Source of the DNA: a bacterium | Lineage (GTDB): Bacteria; Zhuqueibacterota; Zhuqueibacteria; Zhuqueibacterales; Zhuqueibacteraceae | Direction of reading: 5' to 3' | Assembly: GCA_044869275.1 (NCBI GenBank) | Contig: JBIOXB010000230.1 | Location: forward strand, 55,033 to 119,032 | DNA: 64,000 nucleotides | Shown here: piece after piece, positions 18,985-28,603 of the stretch | Layout of the letters: every line of letters starts with the position of its first letter | Position numbering within the stretch: position 1 is the first letter of the stretch | The notes under the pieces: generated by a model | Databases searched by the model: none | What the model saw: only the letters and a program-made list of their open reading frames with translations | What the model was told of the DNA's origin: nothing | Position numbers and translations under genes: made by a program

Positions 18985-19985
18985 GAACGATAACCATATC
19001 TGCGATTCAACCAGCCCGCCAGCAGGGTGAAGGTCAAACGCCGGCCGGCGGGAAGCTCCGTGCGCCATTTTTCATCCAGACGAATCGCGCCACCGGTTTG
19101 AAAACGCCAGCGGCTGCCGGAAATATTGTGCGCCACCGGCTTGTCGCCTGCCAGCAATTCCGGGGCAAAATTCAGATTCAAAAACTCGCACAAGCGCTGC
19201 GTGACCGCCGCGGATTCGTTGGCAAAATCTTCATATTTGATCGTGCACCAGCTGGTCTGGGGCAAGCGCGAGCAGAGCAAAGTGCTGAGTGCGTTGGTCA
19301 GCAGCCAGCGCCACGTCGCGCGCCACGCACTTTGCGCCGGTGCTGTGGCTCCGCCTTGTGCCGGCATGCCGACCGGGCGGCGGGTGGAATTGAGATACGC
19401 GCGGCCGTCGCGAATGAGATGAATGACTTTGACATTGAAAAACCCCGAAGCGCAAAGATAGAGCAAGCGCATGGGATTCTTCGATGAATCCAAGATCACA
19501 GGCTTGTTCGCAACCTCTTGTACGGCTTTGAACAAGCGCTGCGTCGCCAGCGCGTAACCTTGTGCTTGTTTGCGCGAGGGCAGTTTTTTGCTGCGCAGCA
19601 AGCGCAAAAAAGCTCCGGCTTTCGCCCGGCGGTTTTGCACTGGCGCCACCAAGGTTTCACCTTCGCAGGCGCGCAGCTTCGCGGCCACTGCCTGCCAGAA
19701 ACCGCAGGAAGCGAAAGGCGCGCCACACGTGCATTCAAAATTGTTTTTCACCCAGCGGCTGTGGTACCAAACCTCGCCTACGCTCGCCACGCGCGGATGC
19801 GCGCCGAGCACGAGATCGAGCAACGTCGAGCCGCTGCGGCCGCAACCGAGCAGGTATATCACCTCGATTTTTTCCGGCGGCACTTCCCCCGGCTTCGCGG
19901 AGACTTTGAATCCTTCCCCGCGCCAGTTTTCCACCTTGCCATTGGCGCGAGGCGGAAGCGTGTCGAAAGCCAGGTGCGCCATCAC
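18981..19985 (-). CDS. PAPS-dependent sulfotransferase
   Basis: YLLGCGRSGSTLL, CTCG...CGFW, LDSSK, IHLIRDGRA, IKYEDF. Confidence 0.88.
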   Translation of the reverse strand: MMAHLAFDTLPPRANGKVENWRGEGFKVSAKPGEVPPEKIEVIYLLGCGRSGSTLLDLVLGAHPRVASVGEVWYHSRWVKNNFECTCGAPFASCGFWQAVAAKLRACEGETLVAPVQNRRAKAGAFLRLLRSKKLPSRKQAQGYALATQRLFKAVQEVANKPVILDSSKNPMRLLYLCASGFFNVKVIHLIRDGRAYLNSTRRPVGMPAQGGATAPAQSAWRATWRWLLTNALSTLLCSRLPQTSWCTIKYEDFANESAAVTQRLCEFLNLNFAPELLAGDKPVAHNISGSRWRFQTGGAIRLDEKWRTELPAGRRLTFTLLAGWLNRRYGYRS

Positions 19986-20911
19986 ACGTTCGCGTAAGGA
20001 TTCTTCACATCGACGACTTGATAAGCTTTGATCAGCTCATCAATGCCCGCTTCGATGGATACCGTAGTATGATAGCCCAGCGCATTGATCTTGGCGTACG
20101 ATACTTCGTAATTGCGCTGATCTTCGTCCTTGCCAACGTCCGCATAATGCAAATAGAAGTCGAATTTCTGCTGCAACAGATTGGCGACGTCTTCCTTGCT
20201 GTAATTCATGTGCTCGGACCCAACGTTGTAGACGTTGCCGGTCATGCCCGCGGCATTCTCCAGCGCGAACATAAAGCTGCGTGCCATGTCGATGACGTGA
20301 ATAAACGTGCGCTTGAACGAGCGCTCGTACACGATCAGATTCCGCGCTTTCACGGCTTGGTACACGAAGTCATTGATAAGTAAGTCGAGGCGCATGCGCG
20401 CCGACACGCCGAAGGCGGTGGCGTAGCGATAGCAGATGGTGTGGGGTGAATTCAGCAGATGCTGTTCGGCCTGCGTTTTGGTCGTGCCGTAAATGGTAAG
20501 CGGATTGAGTGGTGTTTCCTCCGTGCACATTTGTCCCACCACCGCGCCGTAGTTGGAGCCGGTCGAGGCATAAACGAGCACCTGGCTGCGATCACGGTTT
20601 TTCTCGACAATCTTGGTGCCGATGTAATTGACGTCGTGCGCGAGCTGCTCGTTTTTTTTGCACGCAGGATAACCGACGATCGCTGCCAAATGGATGATGG
20701 CGTCGACGCCCTTCACCGCCTGGCGCACGGCGTTTTCATCCAAGATATTGCCTTTGATGAATTCGAAGCGCGGATCGCTGAAAAAAGGGAGAAGGGCCTG
20801 GCCGCCGTACATCAAGCAATCCAACACGCGCACGTGATGCCCGGCGGACAACAAACGTGGAATCAATACGGTGCCGACGTAACCGGCGCCGCCGGTGACG
20901 AGCAATTTCAT
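19982..20911 (-). CDS. NAD-dependent nucleotide-sugar epimerase/dehydratase
   Basis: LVTGGAGYVG, IHLAAIVG, YGTTK, RMRLDLLINDF; start ATG 20911 with AGGAG upstream. Confidence 0.88.
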   Translation of the reverse strand: MKLLVTGGAGYVGTVLIPRLLSAGHHVRVLDCLMYGGQALLPFFSDPRFEFIKGNILDENAVRQAVKGVDAIIHLAAIVGYPACKKNEQLAHDVNYIGTKIVEKNRDRSQVLVYASTGSNYGAVVGQMCTEETPLNPLTIYGTTKTQAEQHLLNSPHTICYRYATAFGVSARMRLDLLINDFVYQAVKARNLIVYERSFKRTFIHVIDMARSFMFALENAAGMTGNVYNVGSEHMNYSKEDVANLLQQKFDFYLHYADVGKDEDQRNYEVSYAKINALGYHTTVSIEAGIDELIKAYQVVDVKNPYANV

Positions 20912-21149
20912 CCTGAAGTCTCCTTTGGTGTTTCGTCGCAGCGCCTTTAGGCGCACCACCCTGCTCTCGTTCCCGGCTCCGCCGGAAAACGGGTTATCCG
21001 CCGAAATCGCAAGCTTGAAGCTTATTCCAATGGATAGCAATGATCATTCATGAGCTTTGCGAAACGGGGCCAGGAAATTGATTTTCCCCATTGTCTCCTT
21101 TTACCATACCACGTTAGCGTGCCTTGGCCAGTGGCAATAGTTCCAAGCT

Positions 21150-21186
21150 TTTTCTCGTTCCCAAGCATAGTTTGGGAACGAGAAAA
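21150..21186. repeat. REP-like hairpin (CTCGTTCCCAAG family)
   Basis: TTTTCTCGTTCCCAA / TTGGGAACGAGAAAA perfect 15-bp stem; degenerate copy near 20965-20993. Confidence 0.7.
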
Positions 21187-21291
21187 CATCCTGTCTATGT
21201 CCCGCACATTCTCAGCCAGAATCTTTGTAGAAATGTACGCAGTACTCGTTGCGTCACAAGATTCCTGCGGAATGACAATTATAAATATCAA

Positions 21292-22638
21292 TTATATCAG
21301 CGCCACACCATCCATATCCTGCGGCACCGGCACGTTCATCATCTTCAAAATCGTGGGCGCGAGGTCGCCGATCCACAGCTCGTTGTGCGGCCGCTTGATC
21401 TCATGATGACGAATGAACAACAGTGAGTCTTCGAACGTGTGCATGCCCACCAGCGCGCTTTTTTCGCCCGGCACTTCTTTGCGGATGTCGCCTTTCAAAT
21501 CATAGCCATCGTGCGGCACGGCGATCAAATCCGCTGCGCATTCGAAGTTCTGGCCGGAGTAGATGTTCTCGCGCTTGAGCACTTGGCGAATAATCGGCGC
21601 GCCGGTTTCGCTGTCCTTGAACTCCAGCAAAGCCGCGGAAAGTTTTTCCCGCGCAGCTTCATAATGTTCCGGCAAATCCGAGCCGGCCGGCTCGCGACCC
21701 TGGAGATTGACGAATACCCGGCCTGGTATCAAGCTATAGCCCAAAGATTCCGCGTGCATATCGGCCAGCGTTTGGGGCGGAGAATTTTTGAACTTCAGCA
21801 AGCCGGCTTCAACCAAATACCAATTCAAAAAGATTTCCTTTTGGATCGTGCAAAACCCGTGATCGGAAAGCACGATGAAATCGGCGTCCGGGCCGATTTT
21901 CCTTTCGACTTCGCCGAGCACTTCGTCGACGCGCTGGTAAAAATCGTAGAAAGCCTTGGCATATTTCGGATCGTCCTTTTCCATGTGTTCCCAGAAAAAG
22001 TGGTTCATGCGATCCGTTTCCATGAGGTGGCATTGAAAGAAATCCCATGCTTCTCTGGCCAGGTAGTGAAACATGGCTTCAACCCGCTTGGTCAACGCCG
22101 TGTTGCACTCTTCCAAAAACTTATCCAAGTCTTGGCGCGCGAGCGCAGCCTCGGCGTCGATTTTGTAGCCCATCTGCTTCAATTCCTGCGACACGTGCGC
22201 GGGATACGCCACCTTTTCGATTTGCGTGCAGAGAAAACATCCCACCATGATGCCGTTGACTTTCCGGGGCGGATAAGTCACCGGCACGTTCATCACGAAC
22301 ACGCGCTTGCCCGCTCGGCTCATGATTTCCCAAATCGTGTCGCTCTTCATGTTGGCTGAAGTCGGCACGAAGATTTCGAAGCTACCCGGTTTTTTGTCGA
22401 CGAATCCAAAGATATTGTGCTTCGCCGGATTTTTGCCGGTCATATAACTCGACCACGCCACCGACGAAATGCACGGCTGCACGGAATTCATCCGGCGAAA
22501 CGAGCCGTTGTCCACCAGCTTTTTAAAGTTGGGGAAATGCCCCCTCTCCATGTGAGTTTTCATGAAATCATAGGGCACGCCATCAATCGAGATGACAAAG
22601 ACTTTTCCGGATTTTTTGTTTTTCAAAAAATTGAACAT
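21292..22638 (-). CDS. Alkaline phosphatase superfamily protein (COG3379-like)
   Basis: ISIDGVP, SVQPCISSVAWSSYMTGKNPAKH, LSDHGF, GMHT, DLAPTIL; start ATG 22638. Confidence 0.88.
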   Translation of the reverse strand: MFNFLKNKKSGKVFVISIDGVPYDFMKTHMERGHFPNFKKLVDNGSFRRMNSVQPCISSVAWSSYMTGKNPAKHNIFGFVDKKPGSFEIFVPTSANMKSDTIWEIMSRAGKRVFVMNVPVTYPPRKVNGIMVGCFLCTQIEKVAYPAHVSQELKQMGYKIDAEAALARQDLDKFLEECNTALTKRVEAMFHYLAREAWDFFQCHLMETDRMNHFFWEHMEKDDPKYAKAFYDFYQRVDEVLGEVERKIGPDADFIVLSDHGFCTIQKEIFLNWYLVEAGLLKFKNSPPQTLADMHAESLGYSLIPGRVFVNLQGREPAGSDLPEHYEAAREKLSAALLEFKDSETGAPIIRQVLKRENIYSGQNFECAADLIAVPHDGYDLKGDIRKEVPGEKSALVGMHTFEDSLLFIRHHEIKRPHNELWIGDLAPTILKMMNVPVPQDMDGVALI

Positions 22639-22667
22639 GATGATGGCGCCGTCAAGAAATGGACCGG

Positions 22668-23585
22668 CTAAACATGATAACCCAATCTCTCTAGCATCTC
22701 CCCTGCTTCGCGCTTCATACTTTCCAGCGTCGCGGCCGGAAGCTGGAGATAATTTTTCATGCTGGGCCGAAATCCTTTGCTGGCGGAAGCGATCGGATCT
22801 TCGAGGCCGCCGACGTCGTGTTCGTGTTTGTAATACTCCAGCACCTGTGGCTCCCACGGTTCGCCTAAAAACGCGAAAATCTGTTTGCCGGTTTGCTCCG
22901 GCGCTTGCACGAATTCTTCGTATTTGAAGGCAAAGACACGCGCGCGATGCGTGTGCTCGAAGGCGAGCATCTTGCGGCATTGCACCGCCCAATAGCGTGC
23001 GGCACCGGCGTAGGGATCGCCGCACGCTTCCTTGTGCGGTCGCGCGAGTCTGATATTCCGCCGCGGCCCGATGGAGTTTGCCACGTCCAAACCGTGACGG
23101 TAGATGAAAAGATATTTGCACGCCGGGCCATAGAGCCGTTCAATGAAATCCAGGCAATCGACGTACTGCGGGCTTTTGTCCGCCCAGCGCGGCTTGCCGC
23201 GTGCCGCCGCGTAAGCGTCAAAAAAGTAGTCGCTGAATTCGCGCAGCTTGATGAACACATGCTCGGGTTCGAATCCCAGAGCCGCCAGGCCATGCAAAGC
23301 GGCCTCTTCGCGCAGCATGCCGCTGAGCGGCAGCAGAAACACGGACTCCCGCGGCACGGCGATGCGCGAATGGCTGTCTAACACCAAGCGCAGCAGAGTC
23401 GTGCCGGAACGATGCACACCGATGATGAAAATCGGCACCTCCATGCGCGTTTTCGGGGGCGGAGCTACGAAGACACGCTGCGTGGCGACGGCCATACGCA
23501 GACGGCGCCGCAGACGTGCCGTTAGACTGGGACGCGTGCGCTGCGCAGCAGATGCGTGCGTGCTCTGCAAATCCACCCCGCTCAT
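22668..23585 (-). CDS. PAPS-dependent sulfotransferase
   Basis: [38 protein letters not shown]; ends LERLGYHV. Confidence 0.9.
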   Translation of the reverse strand: MSGVDLQSTHASAAQRTRPSLTARLRRRLRMAVATQRVFVAPPPKTRMEVPIFIIGVHRSGTTLLRLVLDSHSRIAVPRESVFLLPLSGMLREEAALHGLAALGFEPEHVFIKLREFSDYFFDAYAAARGKPRWADKSPQYVDCLDFIERLYGPACKYLFIYRHGLDVANSIGPRRNIRLARPHKEACGDPYAGAARYWAVQCRKMLAFEHTHRARVFAFKYEEFVQAPEQTGKQIFAFLGEPWEPQVLEYYKHEHDVGGLEDPIASASKGFRPSMKNYLQLPAATLESMKREAGEMLERLGYHV

Positions 23586-24199
23586 ACATATCCCAGATCA
23601 TGCAGGCGTTGCTGCAACTTTGCCTCTTCCGTGGTGGTCAAGGCGCCGTGGCCATTCGCGCCGTCTGCCGGAAAATAACCGAGCTTTTCCAGCGTGCGCA
23701 CGATTTTCTCCGCGGACTCTGCGGGCGTTTCGTTTTCCGTTTCACATATGACTTCAGGATTTTCCGGCGGTTCATAGGGATCACTGACGCCGGTAAATTC
23801 TTTGATCTCGCCGGCCAGGGCTTTTTTGTAAAGGCCTTTGACGTCGCGCTGAATGCATGCTTCCAAAGAGGCCTTGACGTAGACCTCGACAAAATCCTTG
23901 ATCAACGCACGATTTTCGTCGCGCAGGTTGCGATAGGGCGAAATCGCCGCTGAAATCACAAAGACGCCGTTGCGCGCCAGCAAATGGCAAACGAAGCCGA
24001 TGCGGCGAATGTTGATGTCGCGATCTTCCTTGGAGAAACCCAGACCTTTGCTGAGATTTGTGCGGACGACATCGCCATCCAGCACTTCGACTTTGCAGCC
24101 GCGCGCTCGCAACATCGGAACCAACTCGCCGGTAATGGTGCTTTTGCCGGCGCCGGATAAACCCGTCATCCAAATCGTGCAACCTTTGTTCGAATTCAT
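23582..24199 (-). CDS. cysC: Adenylyl-sulfate (APS) kinase
   Basis: [53 protein letters not shown]; extra C-terminal tail; ORF open to 24217. Confidence 0.95.
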   Translation of the reverse strand: MNSNKGCTIWMTGLSGAGKSTITGELVPMLRARGCKVEVLDGDVVRTNLSKGLGFSKEDRDINIRRIGFVCHLLARNGVFVISAAISPYRNLRDENRALIKDFVEVYVKASLEACIQRDVKGLYKKALAGEIKEFTGVSDPYEPPENPEVICETENETPAESAEKIVRTLEKLGYFPADGANGHGALTTTEEAKLQQRLHDLGYV

Positions 24200-24228
24200 T
24201 CTGACGAACCTTTCCATGAGTTAAAAAA

Positions 24229-24801
24229 TTATGTGCGTTGTCTATAGAGATTCTTATCCACCACCTGCACCATGCGCTCCACCGCCAGTGCGTTGTCCAG
24301 GAAGCCATTGATCCTGGCCGCCTGGGTGTGCGGATTCGACATCACTTCACGGTATTGAATATCCAAGACCTTGAAATTGGGCTGGATGGCCAGCCAGGTT
24401 TCGAGCTTGAACAGATGCTTGCGGAAGAGCGCGGCCATTTCGTCGTCGCTGATGGCGTCCGTGGGCTCACCACGGCGCTGGAGCATTTGCCTTTGCGATG
24501 CCAGCGTTTCCTCCAATTTGCGGCGCATGAAAATGACGCGATATTGATAGTCCGGCGGCAGATGTTGCAGCAGCTCGGAGATCATTTTCACGACTTTGCC
24601 CTTGGCCTCCGGCAGCCAGGCTTTGTCGGTTTTGATTTGCTTGACGCGCTCGAATTCATAGTAGCCTTTGGGATTGTCTTCATCCGCGGTGCGCTGGTGA
24701 TCCGCCAGCACCGGCAATCCTCCGGCTTCGAGCATCATCATCATCATCGAGGTACCGGAACGCGGCAGGCCCGAAACGATCGTGATCACATCTTTCCTCA
24801 T
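24229..24801 (-). CDS. Short stand-alone sulfotransferase-like protein
   Basis: IVSGLPRSGTSMMM..LEAGG, ADEDNPKGYYE, FMRR.LEE.LASQ. Confidence 0.8.
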   Translation of the reverse strand: MRKDVITIVSGLPRSGTSMMMMMLEAGGLPVLADHQRTADEDNPKGYYEFERVKQIKTDKAWLPEAKGKVVKMISELLQHLPPDYQYRVIFMRRKLEETLASQRQMLQRRGEPTDAISDDEMAALFRKHLFKLETWLAIQPNFKVLDIQYREVMSNPHTQAARINGFLDNALAVERMVQVVDKNLYRQRT

Positions 24802-24855
24802 CGGCAATCTCGGTTGAAGTGAATGGCAATACTTCGCCAGAATTCATCTGCGGCG

Positions 24856-27207
24856 TCATGTCGCCGAACTGGAAGTACGGCGTTTGCTTTTGTTCTTGCG
24901 TTTCTTGTCGCCGTCCTTGCCATAATAATAGTAGTGATAGTAATAGTAATAGCTGCCGTACATGCTTTCGATTTGCACGCCGTTGAGCAACGCGCCGAGA
25001 ATGCGCGAGTTGACGTTCTTCAACAGCGTGCAGGCGCGATGCGCCGCTTCGCGATCGGTTTGGCCCGCCTTCACCACGAGAATGACACCGTCGAGACGCG
25101 AGCTCAACACCGCGGCATCGGTGACGGCGATGATCGGCGGGCTGTCGAATAAGACGATGTCGAACATGGACTTCATTTCTTCCAGCGTGCGCGTCATCGC
25201 GCTGGAGGCGAGCAGCTCCGAAGGATTGGGCGGCAAAGTGCCGCACGGCATCACAAAGAGGTTTTCGATTTCCGTCTTTTGCACGGCCTCTGCGATGGTC
25301 GCACGGCCCACGAGCACATTGGAAAGGCCGATGCGCCGGTCAATTTTGAAAATCGAATGCAACACCGGCCGGCGCAAATCCGAGTCGATGAGCAACACGC
25401 GGCTGCCCATTTGCGCCATGGTGATCGCCAGGTTCGAAACCGAAGTCGATTTGCCCTCGCCGGGTCCCGGGCTGGTTACCAGCAGCGCTTTCAAATCGCG
25501 GTCGAGCTTGGTGTACTGCAAGTTCGTACGGAAAGTGCGATAGGCTTCGGAGATCGGCGATTTCGGGGCGAAGTGTGTGATCAAACGCGCGGCCATGGCC
25601 TTGGCTTCCTCCGTGTCCAAGTTGCTCGCCTTGCCATTCATACCGTTGACTGAGAGCTGCAGGCGCTTGGTCGCCTCCTCCTGCGTAATCACCGGAATCG
25701 AGCCCAGCACCGTCACGCCGATTTTCTCGATATCTTCGTGCGAACGCACGGTGTTATCGATGTATTCCAGCAAGAACGTCAGCGCCAGGCCCAGGCCCAG
25801 CCCGATCAGCGCGCCGAGCACGAAATTCAGCTTGGTTCTCGGCCGGATCGGAATTTTCGGCGCCTTGGCAGGATCGATGATGCGCACCTGCCCCAACTGC
25901 CCGACCTCGGTGATGCGCGTTTCAGTGAATTTTTCTTTCATCATCAAATAGATCTTTTCGTCCACCGCTGCGGAGCGCTGTAAGCGCGCAAGCTGCAGGC
26001 TTTTTTCCGGAAGGGCGTCCAGCTCGCGATTGTATTGCGCCACCACATTTTTCAAAGCTTCGAGCTTGGGCTGCAGGCCCTGCAGGTTCGCTTCGATTTC
26101 GATCTTGCGCGCGACCAAATTCGAGCCCAGCGCCACCGGATCCAACACCTCGGCTTTGGCGAGCTTGGCGATCTCTTCACGCAATTGCTTGTTTAAGATC
26201 TCGATTTGTTCGTCATATTGGCGGATTTGCGGATCGTCTTCACGATACACGCCTTTGTTGAGCAGATTGGCGATGTAGAGCGCGCGCTTGCTGACGAACT
26301 CACCGATTTGCTTCTTCAAGCTTTCGAAATAAGGCGTGGTGGAAATATTTTGCAGATCAAAATTTTCCTTATTGAGATCGAGCTGTTTGTTGATGTAAGC
26401 CAAACGCTGCTCGTTGGAATTGTACTCGGTGAGGGCTTCGTTGTACAACCCCTCGAACTCCGCGAGCTTTTTGATCAACTCCTGGGTTTCGTCGGGAAGT
26501 GCCGCGACTTTTTCGCTTTGCTTGAACAACTTGAGGGAATCTTCCGAGCGCGCGAGCTGATTTTCGACCGTGCGCAGTTGATTTTCCAAGAAAATCTTGA
26601 CCTGGCGGATTTCTTCCTGGCTGTTCAGGCGATTGCGCTCACTGTAGGCGTTCGCCAGCGTGTTGGTGATGAACATGGCTTCTTCGGGCGAGGCGGCGCT
26701 CACGCGGATCTCGATCATATCCGTGTCGCGAATCGGCGTGATGCTCAAGCGTTCACGCATATCCTCGACGATATCGTCGAGCGTCTCTTCCTCTTCCATG
26801 GATTGCTCCACGCCGAACAAGCCCAGCAGCCATTGCCCGGCGCTGGCCAGCAAATTGGTGTTGCCCGAGGGCCTGCGGTTGAGCAATTCCAATTGATCCG
26901 CAAACTCGGAGGTCTGCAAACGATTGATGACGGTTTCAGCCAGGCTGCGACTGTTCAAAATCTCCACCTGGTTGTTGATCATCGTTTCCTTGTTCATGAA
27001 ACCGCCGATGTCGAACAGCGCATGCTCGACACCCTTGTCTTCAATCATCAATTTCGCGGAAGCTTCGTATTCCGCCTTCGTGGTAAACGTGACATAAGCC
27101 GTGATCGCCATCACCACCAGAAACGAAGTGACGACCACCCAACGACCGCGGTAAAAAATCCGCAAATAATCGTTGAATGAGGCTTGCCGTTCGTTCAGTT
27201 CTTCCAT
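24856..27207 (-). CDS. wzc: Wzc-type polysaccharide co-polymerase / BY tyrosine kinase
   Basis: Two TM segments flanking a coiled-coil periplasmic region; SEAYRTFRTN, Walker A GPGEGKS, A' LIDSDLRRP, B LFDSPP, C-terminal Tyr cluster. Confidence 0.93.
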   Translation of the reverse strand: MEELNERQASFNDYLRIFYRGRWVVVTSFLVVMAITAYVTFTTKAEYEASAKLMIEDKGVEHALFDIGGFMNKETMINNQVEILNSRSLAETVINRLQTSEFADQLELLNRRPSGNTNLLASAGQWLLGLFGVEQSMEEEETLDDIVEDMRERLSITPIRDTDMIEIRVSAASPEEAMFITNTLANAYSERNRLNSQEEIRQVKIFLENQLRTVENQLARSEDSLKLFKQSEKVAALPDETQELIKKLAEFEGLYNEALTEYNSNEQRLAYINKQLDLNKENFDLQNISTTPYFESLKKQIGEFVSKRALYIANLLNKGVYREDDPQIRQYDEQIEILNKQLREEIAKLAKAEVLDPVALGSNLVARKIEIEANLQGLQPKLEALKNVVAQYNRELDALPEKSLQLARLQRSAAVDEKIYLMMKEKFTETRITEVGQLGQVRIIDPAKAPKIPIRPRTKLNFVLGALIGLGLGLALTFLLEYIDNTVRSHEDIEKIGVTVLGSIPVITQEEATKRLQLSVNGMNGKASNLDTEEAKAMAARLITHFAPKSPISEAYRTFRTNLQYTKLDRDLKALLVTSPGPGEGKSTSVSNLAITMAQMGSRVLLIDSDLRRPVLHSIFKIDRRIGLSNVLVGRATIAEAVQKTEIENLFVMPCGTLPPNPSELLASSAMTRTLEEMKSMFDIVLFDSPPIIAVTDAAVLSSRLDGVILVVKAGQTDREAAHRACTLLKNVNSRILGALLNGVQIESMYGSYYYYYHYYYYGKDGDKKRKNKSKRRTSSSAT

Positions 27208-27379
27208 AATGAATACGTCCTATATCTGATGCATCCCAATGCTGGCGGCCAGTGCACGGCATGCCGGCCGCACGACCCTTTTTTTGTTTTGATAAGATGA
27301 CGAAGACGCGGTTCTGCAGCAGCCAAGTCCGGGGCGTGCTTACGCGATCAGCCAAGATACGCGGGTGGCGTGGCGGCGA

Positions 27380-28000
27380 TCAATTGCGCTGCGCCACACT
27401 GATCCAAAAGTAGACCTGGCCGATGACGGCAATTTTCGAGGCGAAATCCAGAACCTTGTTGAGCGTATTGAGTGCCGTGCCTTCAACAATGATCGTGTCA
27501 CCCGGCATCAACGGCGGAATGAGCTCCGGTTTGCCGGTGGCCAGGTAATTTTTCACGTTCACCTGGATCACTCGCTGCGGCGGAGCGCCGTCTTTGCCGT
27601 TCAGGACGATCACCGGCCGGCTCTGATTGACGCCGCCATTGGCGCTGCGCTCCACGGCCGTGGTCTTCACTTCCGCGAGATTCGTGCGCACGATTCTGAT
27701 GGACTTGATTTTGGCCTGCTCGATGGGGCCGCCGGCAAATGACATCAAAGAAATCAAATCGGTATCGGTGGGCACCATGTATTGGCCGGGCTTGCGGACG
27801 AATCCCCAAATGTTCACACGCATGAGCAATTCGTCGGCCGCGCCCAAAAAATACTGTGCGCCGCGATGCGGGATGGCGCCGGGCGGTCTCTCATCTGGAG
27901 GCTCAGCTTCCTGGGCAAAAACGGGAACGTAGGAGGACACTACTGCGGAGAGGAGCAGAAATACTGCTCGCAGGATAACACGTCGCATGACATCACCCAT
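27380..28000 (-). CDS. SLBB-domain polysaccharide export-associated protein (Wza-like fragment)
   Basis: Signal peptide, VNIWGFVRKPGQY, LMSFAGGP, LMPGDTIIV, C-terminal amphipathic helix; first gene of the locus. Confidence 0.72.
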   Translation of the reverse strand: MGDVMRRVILRAVFLLLSAVVSSYVPVFAQEAEPPDERPPGAIPHRGAQYFLGAADELLMRVNIWGFVRKPGQYMVPTDTDLISLMSFAGGPIEQAKIKSIRIVRTNLAEVKTTAVERSANGGVNQSRPVIVLNGKDGAPPQRVIQVNVKNYLATGKPELIPPLMPGDTIIVEGTALNTLNKVLDFASKIAVIGQVYFWISVAQRN

Positions 28001-28603
28001 AGAATTTTATAAGGCCGCTCCGTCCCGGCGTCTTTGCGCATCTTGCAATGCGCGCTGTCGCGAGGGCGGCGCAGTCTGGTGGTTCGTGGTGCCTTTCCCA
28101 TCCTTGAAAAAGGCGCGTCAAACGCAAGCTACGAATCCGTGTAACTCTTCATTCGACTCCGGTGTGGTGCGTTTGCATCGCGCTCAAACTCCTCAAATAT
28201 CATGCCTGCACGAGGGCAATCACCACGCACGGATAGCACACGAGAATTGATCGGCTTTAATATATCGGCAAGGAGCGGAAAGTGCGAAAAATGCCAGGAG
28301 GGAATTTCAAGTGCGGCAAGGGCCTTCCGCTAAAAGCGCGGGCGGGGCGATATGTGTCAAGATTGTGACTTCAAATTGATCAGCTTGCCAGTCGCTTCTT
28401 CTGCGGTGAAAGACCCCTCTTCTTTGCGATGATTTCAATTTCGCAATCTATGATACAGTTTTTGTCGCAGCAGGGAACAATGGCGAAACCCGAGAGCTTG
28501 CCCAAATGCTCACGCGCCTCCGCGGATCGACAATAACAAGCTGGAGCCAGAAGCATAATCGTCGCTTGCAAAAAAATCCGGCCTTGTTGATCGCGGCAAC
28601 TGC

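Noticed and set aside
4049..22638. AlkP-superfamily proteins as classical sulfatases
   Set aside because: They lack the (C/S)xPxR formylglycine motif, and no maturase gene is nearby
5579..23121. Long N-terminal extensions in the ORF track (to 5878, 9797, 19068, 21040, 23121)
   Set aside because: They overlap upstream genes or intergenic repeats; downstream ATGs match family starts
13800..24217. Saxitoxin biosynthesis (sxtIJK-like genes, sulfotransferases, APS kinase)
   Set aside because: No sxtA PKS-like gene, amidinotransferase or other core sxt genes; the context is Wzx/Wzy/Wzc glycan synthesis
10650..24217. Nod-factor pathway (nodU, nodH, nodQ, nolK-like functions)
   Set aside because: No NodA, NodB or NodC homologues in the window
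28001..28600. ops/JUMPstart element or sigma54 promoter upstream of the polysaccharide locus
   Set aside because: No GGCGGTAG on the coding strand, and the TGGC..GC candidates have the wrong spacing
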